Of a DNA stretch of 64,000 nt, positions 1 to 9,626 are shown piece by piece (position 1 is the stretch's first letter; each line of letters opens with the position of its first letter). The notes under the pieces were generated by a model, which worked only from the letters and a program-made list of their open reading frames with translations, did not search any database and had not been told where the DNA came from. Source of the stretch: Terriglobia bacterium (GTDB lineage Bacteria > Acidobacteriota > Terriglobia > 20CM-2-55-15); contig CBDCLE010000005.1 of the NCBI GenBank assembly GCA_965218585.1, positions 96,001-160,000 on the forward strand, in the 5' to 3' direction. Position numbers and translations under genes: made by a program.

Positions 1-1
1 C

Positions 2-577
2 CACAGAACGTCGGTTGCATTCGCCCCGGACCATCCACTTCTTCTGACGAATCTCGGGACGATGTACCTGGACCGGTTCTCGCGTACACAGGATCTGCAC
101 TGGCTCGATGCCGCCGACGCTTTCTTTGCCCGTGCGGTGGCCCTCAATCCGGAATTCATCGTAGCCCGGAGACAACGCCATGCGGTACTGACGCGGAAAC
201 TGAACGGTGCGGTATTCGAAACAGAAGAGTTGCTTTCGCAGTTAATGGAGAATTCCAGAGAAATTCTGACGATTGATCCGGTCAGTGTTTTCGTACGTCG
301 CAACCTGGCTGAAGCCCTGAACTCATCTGGAAGACGCGACGAGGCGATCGCCGAACTCACACGAGCCATCGAACTGGAACCCAACTTTATTCCGGCATAC
401 CGTAGGCTTGCCCAATGGCATGAAGAGGCTGACGATCCGGCCCGAAGCCGAGCGCTTGGCCAGGAAGCCGACCGGAGGCTGGCCGAGTTCCGGGACACAG
501 AAGAAATGAACGGCTACGAGCTCGATCTGCTCGGTCTTGGAGAACAGGCCGAGCAGGCAAGGCTTGGCGAAGAATGA
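2..577 (+). CDS. TPR-repeat C-terminal part of a protein, 5'-truncated by the window edge (possibly an O-antigen-ligase/TPR protein like the next gene)
   Basis: The frame is open from base 2 (HRTSVAFAPDHPLLLTNLGTMY...). It has TPR-type motifs (RAVALNPEF, AIAELTRAIELEPNFIPAY), and its stop overlaps the next start (ATGA). Confidence 0.7.
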   Translation, partial: HRTSVAFAPDHPLLLTNLGTMYLDRFSRTQDLHWLDAADAFFARAVALNPEFIVARRQRHAVLTRKLNGAVFETEELLSQLMENSREILTIDPVSVFVRRNLAEALNSSGRRDEAIAELTRAIELEPNFIPAYRRLAQWHEEADDPARSRALGQEADRRLAEFRDTEEMNGYELDLLGLGEQAEQARLGEE

Positions 578-2289
578 CCGAAGACAGAGGGAAAATAGCC
601 CAACTGCTGGGACTGGCCGCGATGGCCGGCGCGATCCTCGCACCGCCCGAAGTGTTCGGTTCGGGACGCATGATCCTGATCCTCGGCTCAACCTTCGCGC
701 TGTTGATCCTGAGTCTGGATGGAAAGATCTCCTCTCGATTCTTATGGATCGGTGTCGGAGGAACACTGTTCCTGGTTTGGCACTCCTTCTGGATTTCGAT
801 AGACGTTTACCGGTCCCTGGAGTTCTCCGAGATCCTCTGGTCCTACTACTGCCTCTTCGGCGTCTTCTACTACACGTCCGGCGAATCCAGAGTTCGAATG
901 GCGGTAACTCTGGTACTCCTGTCGGCAATCGTGTCTGGCTATGGGATCTACGAGTTCATGTGGGGCAACACCAGCTACGCCCTCTCGATTTCGGCCGACA
1001 CGGGCGAAATTGTTCGAACACCGATCCTGGATAGCGCTACGAGGCCCCGCGTCATGTCCACGTTTGCGATGCCGGAGACACTCTGGGGTTTTCTGCTCGT
1101 CGCACTCCCCTGTCATGCGTCGCTCTGGAAAAACTCGCGGGCATTCGTCCGGACAGGCCTCGCGGTCGGCATTGCCCTGCTGCTGACCGCAGGCGCACTG
1201 ACCCGATCCTTCGGATTCGTCGCCGGCCTCGGCACGATCGTTCTCGTCTGGTTGTTGATGCGGCCTGGAGATCGTCGTCGACGTCTGATCGGCTTCCTCT
1301 CGATCGGCGCTCTTGCATTCGTGGGGGCCGGGATCTACTCCGTTCGTGCCGGCGGATACAATCCGATATCTCTTCGATTGCAGAACTGGCTGACCGCCTC
1401 AGAGATATTTGCGGGGTATCCTTTCGGCGCGGGATTGAACAATTACGCCGTCGCCTACCTCCAGCATCAGCAACTCGGCGCCAACGAGAGCCAGTACGCC
1501 CACAACACCCCGCTGCAACTCTTGTCCGAAACCGGCGTCTTCGGACTGGTCATCGCTGCCCTGTTCGTCGTCTATCTGGTGAGGTACCGGGAACGTCTTT
1601 CCCGCTGTGTACGGGAAGAGAAATTCATCGTCCTCGCACTGGCTGTTTGGGGTGTCCACAACCTGATCGACATCGATCTGTACTTCGCAAGCGTCGGCTC
1701 GGTCGGAATCGTCCTGATAGGCGTCGTCGCAGCCTCGACGCGGGATCAAGGGCCTTCGGGCCCCGGCGCGAAGTATCTGCTCTCGAGATGGGTCATGGGC
1801 AGTATCGCTACGATTTCGATTATGGTCGTACTATCCTCGAGCGTCATTTACGTTTCAGGCGAACTGCTTCGAAGAGCCCGGACCGAACTGGGATACCTTC
1901 GGGTCGGGGAAGCCCATCAAACTTTGGAATCGGCGGCCCGGATCAATCCGTTCAATTCGAGCATTCTCCATGAGGCCGGTCAGGTCGCCCTCGAGATGTA
2001 CCAGGACTCGCTGGAGGAACCCTACCTGGAGCAATCACGGGATTACTTTCAGAGAGCGGTCTTGCTGAGTCCAAACAAGGTGGGACCTCACCTCGGTTTG
2101 GCGCTTACGATATCAAGTGCGAATCGGGCTAACGAAGCCTTGGACGAACTGGAAATCGCCCAGTACATGCACCCCTACAGCCGCTACGTGAGTTCGATCC
2201 GCCGTCTCGTGGAAAACCGGCAGAATCCAGTTTCTGACGCTGGTACCAGCGATGCTCCAGAACCCCCTCAAGGGGAAGAGACTCCGTAA
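574..2289 (+). CDS. O-antigen ligase/O-oligosaccharyltransferase-like (Wzy_C) membrane protein with C-terminal TPRs
   Basis: Many TM helices; RVMSTF, LTRS, R..W, G.GL.NY and AHNTPLQLLSETGVFG motifs typical of WaaL/PglL; TPR tail (INPFNS, RAVLLSPN). Confidence 0.8.
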   Translation: MTEDRGKIAQLLGLAAMAGAILAPPEVFGSGRMILILGSTFALLILSLDGKISSRFLWIGVGGTLFLVWHSFWISIDVYRSLEFSEILWSYYCLFGVFYYTSGESRVRMAVTLVLLSAIVSGYGIYEFMWGNTSYALSISADTGEIVRTPILDSATRPRVMSTFAMPETLWGFLLVALPCHASLWKNSRAFVRTGLAVGIALLLTAGALTRSFGFVAGLGTIVLVWLLMRPGDRRRRLIGFLSIGALAFVGAGIYSVRAGGYNPISLRLQNWLTASEIFAGYPFGAGLNNYAVAYLQHQQLGANESQYAHNTPLQLLSETGVFGLVIAALFVVYLVRYRERLSRCVREEKFIVLALAVWGVHNLIDIDLYFASVGSVGIVLIGVVAASTRDQGPSGPGAKYLLSRWVMGSIATISIMVVLSSSVIYVSGELLRRARTELGYLRVGEAHQTLESAARINPFNSSILHEAGQVALEMYQDSLEEPYLEQSRDYFQRAVLLSPNKVGPHLGLALTISSANRANEALDELEIAQYMHPYSRYVSSIRRLVENRQNPVSDAGTSDAPEPPQGEETP

Positions 2290-2328
2290 ACAAGAGCCGC
2301 CAGCCGAGAGCTGAGGGCCAATCCTGTT

Positions 2329-2345
2329 TTGGCATGACGGATGCA
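2329..2345 (+). promoter_or_regulatory. Putative sigma-54 (-24/-12) promoter
   Basis: TTGGCATGACGGATGCA gives GG-N10-GC and is 2 mismatches from TGGCACG-N4-TTGC. It is intergenic, upstream of the sugar-nucleotide operon. Confidence 0.45.
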
Positions 2346-2561
2346 GTTACCTCATCGGAGGCGCCCCGTGACCGATCATCATCAGACCTGCCCCATCAGC
2401 ATCACGACAAGCAATAACCGGCTAAATCTAAAGCATTTACCGTTCACCCGCGGCAACGCGGGCTCCTCCCAGAAACTGAACGCCGTCCTCAATAAAGCCA
2501 ATATTTTGGACAGAAGTCGTAATTTTGACTCCCTGGCAGGAGGCCCTGCCAAACCACACTC

Positions 2562-3341
2562 ATGATTCAAAGAAGTTCGATGTCGTCGCTATGCGCCCAG
2601 ACGCCCGTCGTCATCCTGGCGGGAGGCAAGGGTACGCGGCTGCTGCCCTACACCACAGCCTTGCCAAAACCGCTGATGCCTGTGGGCAATTACCCGATCC
2701 TGGAAATCCTGTTGAAACAGCTTGCCGCATACGGCTTTAGAGACGTCACGCTGGCAGTCGGCCACCTGGCAGGCATCGTCCAGGCCTATTTCAGCGACGG
2801 GAAGCGGTTCGGTCTGGACCTGTCCTATTCGTACGAGACGACGCCCTTGGGGACCGCCGGTCCACTATCGCGCCTACCCCGTTCCGATCGGAGCATGCTC
2901 GTCTTGAACGGCGACCTACTGACCGATATCGACTTCGGCCAGATCGTACGATTTCACTATGAAAAAGAAGCTATGGCCACGGTCGGTATGACGCGGCGCA
3001 CCGAGTCGGTTGATTTCGGAGTGATCGAAGCGGAGTCCGACGCCAGGATCATAAACTTTCAGGAAAAACCGAAGATGAACTACATGGTGAGCATGGGAAT
3101 CTACGTGTTCACGCCCAGGGTCATCGACTACATACCAAAGTCCTCGCGGTTCGACTTTCCGGATCTCGTTCAGAAACTGCTGAATCAGGACGCGAAGGTG
3201 GTCGGCTATCGGAGTGAGGCCTACTGGATGGATGTGGGACGTCCATCCGACTACGAAAAAGCAAACGAAGATTTCCCGATGAAGGAACACGCGTTCCTGG
3301 AACCCCATGTGGAACACGAGGCTGTCGGAACTAGAGTTTGA
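2562..3341 (+). CDS. Sugar-phosphate nucleotidyltransferase (mannose-1-phosphate guanylyltransferase-like); alternative start 2580
   Basis: ILAGGKGTRLLPYT..LPKPL, PLGTAG, LNGD, F.EKP and YWMDVG motifs. Confidence 0.88.
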   Translation: MIQRSSMSSLCAQTPVVILAGGKGTRLLPYTTALPKPLMPVGNYPILEILLKQLAAYGFRDVTLAVGHLAGIVQAYFSDGKRFGLDLSYSYETTPLGTAGPLSRLPRSDRSMLVLNGDLLTDIDFGQIVRFHYEKEAMATVGMTRRTESVDFGVIEAESDARIINFQEKPKMNYMVSMGIYVFTPRVIDYIPKSSRFDFPDLVQKLLNQDAKVVGYRSEAYWMDVGRPSDYEKANEDFPMKEHAFLEPHVEHEAVGTRV

Positions 3342-4449
3342 CGGGGACGAACTGGCGGCATCGCTCGAAGCGATTGAGTCCAGTTGGATCACCCAGGGGC
3401 CCCGAACCCAGGCTTTTGAGGAGGCGTTCGCCTCCGTTGCAGGCACTTCACAGGCAGTCGCGGTATCGAACGGAACAGCCGCTCTGATTCTGGCACTCAG
3501 AGCTGTCGGCGTCGGCCCGGGCGACGAGGTTCTGTGCCCTTCCCTGACATTCGCTGCCACGGCTGCAGCCATAGTTCACTGCGGCGCGACCCCTGTGTTC
3601 GCCGACATCGTCAGTATTGAGGATCCCACGATGGATCCTGAGGATGCGGCACGGAAACTGACTTCAAGGACGCGTGCCGTACTCCCGGTTCACTACGCCG
3701 GCATTCCCTGCCATATGGATTCGATCCAGGAACTGGCGCGTACTCACAATCTTGCAATCATCGAAGATGCCGCACATGCACCGGGCGCGACATACAAGGG
3801 ACAGGCTGCCGGAAGTTTAGGAACAGCGGGATGTTTCAGCCTTTTCGGGAACAAGAACGTCACAACGGCCGAAGGCGGCCTGGTCACAACTAACGATCCT
3901 GAAGTGGCTGAAAAAGTCCGGCTTCTGAGAAGCCATGGCATGACGTCCTCCAGTTGGGACAAAGGAAACGGGCGCCATCCACGTTACGATGTCGTCGAAA
4001 TCGGTTTCAACTTTCGCTTCGATGACATACGCGCCTCGATCGGGTTGGCACAACTCCGCAAACTAGACGATATCAACCGGCGACGTTCGGAGCTCGTCGC
4101 CCACTACAACGCACGCATCGAAACCGACCTTTCAGAGTTGGTGCTCCCCTTCGGAGCAGTAACAGCGGAACGCAGTCCCTCATATCACATTTACCCTGTC
4201 GTTCTCCCCAGCCCCGAGGAACGGGACAAGATGGAAGCCGAGCTTGCTGTGGCCGGAATCCAAACGAGCATTCACTACCGGCCGGTTCACCAGTTGTCCG
4301 CCTTCCGAAGGCTCTTCCCCGATGTGTCGTCGCCCAAAACCGAAACCTACGGAGAACGGGAACTGACGCTTCCGCTCTACCCTTCGATGGCTCCAGCCCT
4401 GATTGACACCATCGTGGACTCCATGGTCCACTCCTACACGCACACTTAA
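3307..4449 (+). CDS. DegT/DnrJ/EryC1/StrS PLP-dependent sugar aminotransferase
   Basis: SNGTAAL, GDEV..PSLTF.AT, IEDAAHA and FSLFGNKNVTTAEGG (PLP lysine) motifs. Confidence 0.92.
   Translation: MWNTRLSELEFDGDELAASLEAIESSWITQGPRTQAFEEAFASVAGTSQAVAVSNGTAALILALRAVGVGPGDEVLCPSLTFAATAAAIVHCGATPVFADIVSIEDPTMDPEDAARKLTSRTRAVLPVHYAGIPCHMDSIQELARTHNLAIIEDAAHAPGATYKGQAAGSLGTAGCFSLFGNKNVTTAEGGLVTTNDPEVAEKVRLLRSHGMTSSSWDKGNGRHPRYDVVEIGFNFRFDDIRASIGLAQLRKLDDINRRRSELVAHYNARIETDLSELVLPFGAVTAERSPSYHIYPVVLPSPEERDKMEAELAVAGIQTSIHYRPVHQLSAFRRLFPDVSSPKTETYGERELTLPLYPSMAPALIDTIVDSMVHSYTHT
4403..4434 (+). repeat. Left copy of a 32-bp inverted repeat (partner at 10504-10535)
   Basis: TTGACACCATCGTGGACTCCATGGTCCACTCC is 30/32 identical to the reverse complement of 10504-10535. 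Confidence 0.85.
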
Positions 4450-4545
4450 GAAAGCCGTCAGCAATCAGCCTTTGACATTCAGCTTCGATTGTCCGCTGAA
4501 CTGAGCGACACTCTCGGATAATGACATCTGAAGAATGAGCACCGC

Positions 4546-5535
4546 ATGAAGAGGAAGGCGTTGATCAGCGGGATCACCGGTCAGGACGGTTCCTATCTGG
4601 CCGAATTCCTTCTCGAGAAAGGCGTAGAAGTACACGGCATTGTCCGGCGGGTCGCGATCGAGGATCCGGAACATCGCTTGTGGCGTGTCCGCCACTTGCT
4701 GGACGATATTACTATTCATGCGGCGTCCCTTGAAAGCTTTCCAAGCCTGTTTCGCGTCTTTAACCTCGTCAAACCCGATGAGTGTTACCATCTGGCAGCG
4801 CAGAGTTTCGTTGGATACTCCTTCGACGACGAATTCTCTACCTTCCAGTCCAACATCAACGGTACCCATCACATGCTGGCCGCGCTCCGGGAATGCGCGC
4901 CCGGCTGTCGCTTTTACTTTGCGGCAACAAGCGAAATGTTTGGCAAAGTCAAAACGGTTCCACAGGATGAGGACACACCTTTCCATCCCCGTTCCGCTTA
5001 CGGCATATCCAAGGTGGCCGGCTACCATCTGACGCGAAACTATCGCGAAGCATATAAGCTGCATGCTTCTTGCGGCATTCTCTATAACCACGAATCTCCA
5101 CGTAGAGGCTTCGAATTTGTGACCCGCAAGATCGCTTCGCAAGTTGCAAAGATCAAGTTGGGTCGGGCCGATAGATTGAGCCTGGGTAATCTGGATGCGA
5201 AACGAGACTGGGGTCACGCCAAAGAGTACGTGCAGGCCATGTGGCTGATGCTGCAGCAGGACGAACCGGACGACTTCGTCGTCGCGACAGGCGAAACCCA
5301 TAGCGTCCGGGAGTTTGTCGAAGCGAGTTTTGCTCATGTCGGTCTGGATTATGAGCAGTACCTCAAGATCGACTCCAGGTTGATTCGACCCGCAGAGGTG
5401 GAACTCCTCGTAGGCAACGCGGCCAAGGCCCGGGAGAAACTCGGGTGGGAGCCCGGAATCAAATTCAGAGACCTCGTAGCCGAAATGATTGATGCCGATC
5501 TGAAAACGTGGAGCCATGAGCCCACCGGCACATGA
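4546..5535 (+). CDS. gmd: GDP-mannose 4,6-dehydratase
   Basis: ALISGITGQDGSYLAEFLL, YHLAAQSFV, SAYGISK, NHESPRRG.EFVTRKI and GNLDAKRDWGHA motifs. Confidence 0.95.
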   Translation: MKRKALISGITGQDGSYLAEFLLEKGVEVHGIVRRVAIEDPEHRLWRVRHLLDDITIHAASLESFPSLFRVFNLVKPDECYHLAAQSFVGYSFDDEFSTFQSNINGTHHMLAALRECAPGCRFYFAATSEMFGKVKTVPQDEDTPFHPRSAYGISKVAGYHLTRNYREAYKLHASCGILYNHESPRRGFEFVTRKIASQVAKIKLGRADRLSLGNLDAKRDWGHAKEYVQAMWLMLQQDEPDDFVVATGETHSVREFVEASFAHVGLDYEQYLKIDSRLIRPAEVELLVGNAAKAREKLGWEPGIKFRDLVAEMIDADLKTWSHEPTGT

Positions 5536-5577
5536 GCCCTGTCCGGTGACACAGACGTTCCCTTCAGCGATTCTCGG

Positions 5578-6810
5578 ATGAAATACCTTCTCTATGTGGA
5601 AACCTTTCCCGACGCTGCGCCCGATTCCCCCCGCCAGACTGGAATCGGAAGATACTGCCAGGATCTGGCATTCGGGCTTGCGGAGATCGGGCATGAAGTC
5701 ACTGTGGTCACCAGTGAGAATGAAGGTCGGACCAAAGACGATGCCCCATCGAAGTACACAATCATCCGCGAGGGGCAATCCACACCCGCACGGACGAACC
5801 TGATCAGGCGCGCCCTGTTTCTAACACGGCAGATATCGCGCACGCAGCCCGATTTCCTGCTCCTGGGTGATCCGCTTGCACAAAGGGTCTTTTCCTTTAT
5901 CCGTCCGTTTTCAAAAATCCGGTACTGCACTTTCTTTTACGGAACCGATCTGAAGGCTTTAAGCGAACGACTGAACTATCAGGGGTGGTCACTCTATCAG
6001 TTCGTCCGAAGGGCTATGTTCGCGAGCCACGTGGGTTCGGCCCACGAAACGGTCGTCATAAGCCGATACACTGCTGGTGAGTTCGGCAAGATAGCTGGCA
6101 AACAACACCCGTACTTCATCTTGTATCCGTGTGTAAGCGAGGATTTCCTGGACCGACCTCTGAATCAACCCTTCACTGCTGAACAACCTGCCGACTTGGA
6201 AGATAAGGAGCCTCGTCCAGTCCGGTTCATCACGGTTGCTCGGATCAGCGAAAGAAAGAACCAGTTCGGAGTCTTGAAAGTATTGGCCAGCCTCGAAGGG
6301 ACGCGGGGGTTGAACTTTCACTACACGATCTTGGGGAATGTGGACGGCCCAACACACCAAGGATACTTCGCTAAGATCAAGGCCTTCATCACTGCCAACA
6401 GCCTGGAGGACGCTGTTTCGATAGTCGGCGGAACGACGGGCGAAGAAAAAATAGGCCACATCGATTCCAGCGACGTCTTTATCATGCTGAGCCAGACTGT
6501 TGGAAGCAGCGTCGAAGGATTCGGGATATCCGTGATCGAAGCCTCCATAAGAGAAAAACCAGTGATCGTGAGCGATCAGGGCGGGATGAGGGAAACCATC
6601 GTCGAAGGCAAGACCGGATTCTCTGTGCCGGTTGACTCAGATACGGCGATCGGCGATGCCGTCATGAAACTCGCTGGCAGCGGATCCCTTCGCCGGGAGA
6701 TGGGGATAGCGGGCCGAGAGTACGTGATTGCGAATTTCGTTCCTAAGATCATGGCGGCTCGTCTGGATACTCATCTGCGCGAAAAGTCGGCTGGAGGAAA
6801 CGGAGTTTGA
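5578..6810 (+). CDS. Glycosyltransferase family 4 (GT-B)
   Basis: TGIGRY, VARISERKN and EGFGISVIEA...KPVIVSDQGG..E motifs. Confidence 0.88.
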   Translation: MKYLLYVETFPDAAPDSPRQTGIGRYCQDLAFGLAEIGHEVTVVTSENEGRTKDDAPSKYTIIREGQSTPARTNLIRRALFLTRQISRTQPDFLLLGDPLAQRVFSFIRPFSKIRYCTFFYGTDLKALSERLNYQGWSLYQFVRRAMFASHVGSAHETVVISRYTAGEFGKIAGKQHPYFILYPCVSEDFLDRPLNQPFTAEQPADLEDKEPRPVRFITVARISERKNQFGVLKVLASLEGTRGLNFHYTILGNVDGPTHQGYFAKIKAFITANSLEDAVSIVGGTTGEEKIGHIDSSDVFIMLSQTVGSSVEGFGISVIEASIREKPVIVSDQGGMRETIVEGKTGFSVPVDSDTAIGDAVMKLAGSGSLRREMGIAGREYVIANFVPKIMAARLDTHLREKSAGGNGV

Positions 6811-7457
6811 GTCCGAACGTGCTGGGACATCTGCGATATCGAACTCAGTTGTGGAGGATTCGACCACGTAGGTATGCCAATCTCTTCGCGACGCTTTATG
6901 ACCATCGTTGCCGACGCATCGTAGAAATCGGAACATGGGACGGCGTTCACGCCGAACAAATGATCCAGACTGCAGCACTCCATCATTCGGTAAAAGATAT
7001 CGACTATTTCGGATTCGATCTTTTCGAAGAAATGACCGCAGAGGCAATGAAAGGCGAATTTTCCAAGTGGCCTCCGTCCTATGACAACGTTCAGCTCAAG
7101 CTCAGCCAAACGGGGGCTCATATTCATCTCTACAAGGGCAACACTCGGGCAACTCTTCCCGAAGTCACTGGCGCTATAGGAAAGGCAGACATCGTCTTCA
7201 TCGACGGTGGCCATTCCATCGAAACCATCACTTCGGACTGGAACAACGTAAGGCAACTGATGGACCCTCACACGACGGTCGTTTTCGACGACTACTATTC
7301 CAACAGCGAAACCGAGGTCGAGGGACTGGGTTGTCAAACGCTCATCGATAGCCTGGACCGCGACATTTACGAAGTTGAAGTGTTGGCACCCATCGATTCG
7401 TTTCCGAAAGAGTGGGGCACGCTGAATGTGAGTATGGTGCGTGTCGGCCAGCGGTAA
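6807..7457 (+). CDS. Class I SAM-dependent methyltransferase (Methyltransf_24-like)
   Basis: IVEIGTWDG, FGFDLF, VFIDGGHS and VVFDDY motifs. Confidence 0.8.
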   Translation: MSPNVLGHLRYRTQLWRIRPRRYANLFATLYDHRCRRIVEIGTWDGVHAEQMIQTAALHHSVKDIDYFGFDLFEEMTAEAMKGEFSKWPPSYDNVQLKLSQTGAHIHLYKGNTRATLPEVTGAIGKADIVFIDGGHSIETITSDWNNVRQLMDPHTTVVFDDYYSNSETEVEGLGCQTLIDSLDRDIYEVEVLAPIDSFPKEWGTLNVSMVRVGQR

Positions 7458-7472
7458 CCCAACAGTATCGAC

Positions 7473-8336
7473 ATGGGGTTCTTCAACAGCATCAAGAAAC
7501 TGATCCGCAATTACAGGCAGGAACAATTCCGCAGCAGACAGGCCTTGGAAAGCTACACCGAGGGCATCAACGAAATCGAACATGTGGATTCGCTGAGCGA
7601 TGCCGACTTGATGAGACTCAACAGGATGCTGGACTGGAACTGCTTTACCGTGGATCGTCACGGGAAAAGGTTTGGAAACGCAGCATCAGCGACGAAGCGA
7701 AACAGCCCAGAAGTTATCCCAGACAGGCGAATCACGATGTTCGACGAAAAGTTCGACCTGTCCGACAAACACGTTCTGGAAATCGGATGTTTCGAGGGTA
7801 TCCACACCATCGGCTTAACCCGATATGCGAAAAGCGTGACTGCGATCGACGCACGGATCGAAAACGTCGTAAAGACGATTGTCCGTTGCGCCTTCTTCGG
7901 ATCCCATCCGACGGTCTTCAAATGCAACGTAGAAGAAGAGCCACTTCCTGCCGATTTGCTGAAAGCCGACCTGGCCTATCACGTCGGTGTCCTGTATCAC
8001 CTGAAGGATCCGGTCAGTCACCTGGCATCCCTGGGACATCTCATTGGCCAGGGCATCCTGATGGATACCCACTACGCCCTGGATGATGAAGCCAATGAAA
8101 GCTATGAAGTGTCAGGTCGAACAATCCCGTACAAGAGGTACCGGGAGGGCGATTATTTCGATCCCTTTTCGGGGATGTATTCAGATTCCAAATGGCTGCG
8201 GCTGGGGGACCTTACCGAGACTTTGAACACCGCAGGTTTTCAGAAAATCGACGTGATCGAACAGCGGCTGGAACGAAACGGGCCTCGCGTCTTGCTGATA
8301 GCTGAAAGAGGTACAAAAACAACGGACGTGTCTTGA
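7473..8336 (+). CDS. Class I SAM-dependent methyltransferase
   Basis: VLEIGCFEG, TAIDAR and GVLYHLKDP motifs. Confidence 0.8.
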   Translation: MGFFNSIKKLIRNYRQEQFRSRQALESYTEGINEIEHVDSLSDADLMRLNRMLDWNCFTVDRHGKRFGNAASATKRNSPEVIPDRRITMFDEKFDLSDKHVLEIGCFEGIHTIGLTRYAKSVTAIDARIENVVKTIVRCAFFGSHPTVFKCNVEEEPLPADLLKADLAYHVGVLYHLKDPVSHLASLGHLIGQGILMDTHYALDDEANESYEVSGRTIPYKRYREGDYFDPFSGMYSDSKWLRLGDLTETLNTAGFQKIDVIEQRLERNGPRVLLIAERGTKTTDVS

Positions 8337-8354
8337 GTAGCAGGCCCAAACAGC

Positions 8355-9626
8355 TCAACCTTCCTCTACAGACCATCGCGATCGGAGCAACACCTTTCCC
8401 CGTCCGGGCCCTTCCGGTAATCGTGAGGACCCAAAAAAGTCGGACGCGATGACGTCGAATTCCGCAGCGCCTTCGACCACATCCACTTTGGTTCTTCCAT
8501 GTTCCACCCAGAGCCAGACGTAAAACCGACCGGGCACAAACCCCAGACTGGGGATCTCGCAAATCACTGTGAACTGCCCGTTGCCATGCACGAACGAATT
8601 CTGGAAGAAACTGGAAAGCATAGCCAGGCGATCGCCCATGTGGTCGTGAATCCCGGCCCAAACGTTGACCTTCTCCATTTCGGGAGGCAGATGCAGCTTG
8701 ACGCGAATCTTGAGCCCCGCGCCGGCACTTATCGTTGAAACAGGATTCCCGTTCGAGTCGAGGATCTCGGCATGTTGAAGAATCGTCTGCATCCCGCTCC
8801 ACCGCCCCGGATGGTCGACCAGGTATCCGGACGTGCTCCCGGCGCTGGACTCCCGGACGTACTCTTCGATGACGTCGTCGGTGTCTCCGTCCGCTGCTAT
8901 CGCACCCTCGGAGACCCACAGTGTTCGCGGACATATGGCGCGCACAGCAGCCAGGTTATGAGAAACAAACAGAATCGTACGACCGGACTGTCCCACGTCC
9001 TGCATCTTCCGCATACACTTCGCCTGAAACGCATGGTCTCCTACGGCAAGTACTTCATCGACCAAGAGGATTTCCGGATCGAGATGGGCAGCGACTGCGA
9101 ACGCCAACCGCAAGTACATCCCGGCGGAATAACGCTTAACGGGGGTATCCAGAAACCTCTCGATTTCTGAAAATTCGACGATCTCCTCAAACTTCGAATC
9201 GATTTCACGTTTCTTCATCCCGAGAATCGATCCGTTCAAATAGATATTTTCACGTCCTGTAAGTTCCGGGTGGAACCCGGTTCCGAGGTCGATCAAAGAG
9301 CCCATGCGTCCTCGAACCACGGCGTAGCCGTCGGTTGGCCGGGTGATACGGGACAGTACTTTGAGGAGTGTCGTCTTGCCCGCTCCGTTTCGCCCGATGA
9401 CACCGACGACTTCGCCTTCGCGCACATCAAACGATACATCCTTCAGCGCAGCCAGCAACGTATCGTCTGGACCTTTCTTGTTTTCCGGAGAGATGAGGGA
9501 TCGAAGCCCCCGGAACGGGGCATAAACAACGTCGGTCAACGTGTCCCGAAGAGCTTTGTACTTCTGGGCCTCGCCAATCCGATAGGTCTTGGAAAGGTTG
9601 ACGGCCTGGATGGTGATGTTACTCAC
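8355..9626 (-). CDS. wzt: Polysaccharide ABC exporter ATPase with C-terminal Wzt_C-like domain
   Basis: Walker A GRNGAGKTT, GFHPELTGRENI, YSAGM signature, LLVDEVLAVGD; roughly 170-aa C-terminal extension. Confidence 0.92.
   Translation of the reverse strand: MSNITIQAVNLSKTYRIGEAQKYKALRDTLTDVVYAPFRGLRSLISPENKKGPDDTLLAALKDVSFDVREGEVVGVIGRNGAGKTTLLKVLSRITRPTDGYAVVRGRMGSLIDLGTGFHPELTGRENIYLNGSILGMKKREIDSKFEEIVEFSEIERFLDTPVKRYSAGMYLRLAFAVAAHLDPEILLVDEVLAVGDHAFQAKCMRKMQDVGQSGRTILFVSHNLAAVRAICPRTLWVSEGAIAADGDTDDVIEEYVRESSAGSTSGYLVDHPGRWSGMQTILQHAEILDSNGNPVSTISAGAGLKIRVKLHLPPEMEKVNVWAGIHDHMGDRLAMLSSFFQNSFVHGNGQFTVICEIPSLGFVPGRFYVWLWVEHGRTKVDVVEGAAEFDVIASDFFGSSRLPEGPGRGKVLLRSRWSVEEG

Noticed and set aside
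4465-5778. 437-aa minus-strand ORF
   Set aside because: Antisense shadow of gmd with no motifs; long antisense ORFs are expected at this GC content. The same applies to 6771-7661, 9270-10064 and 62151-62885.
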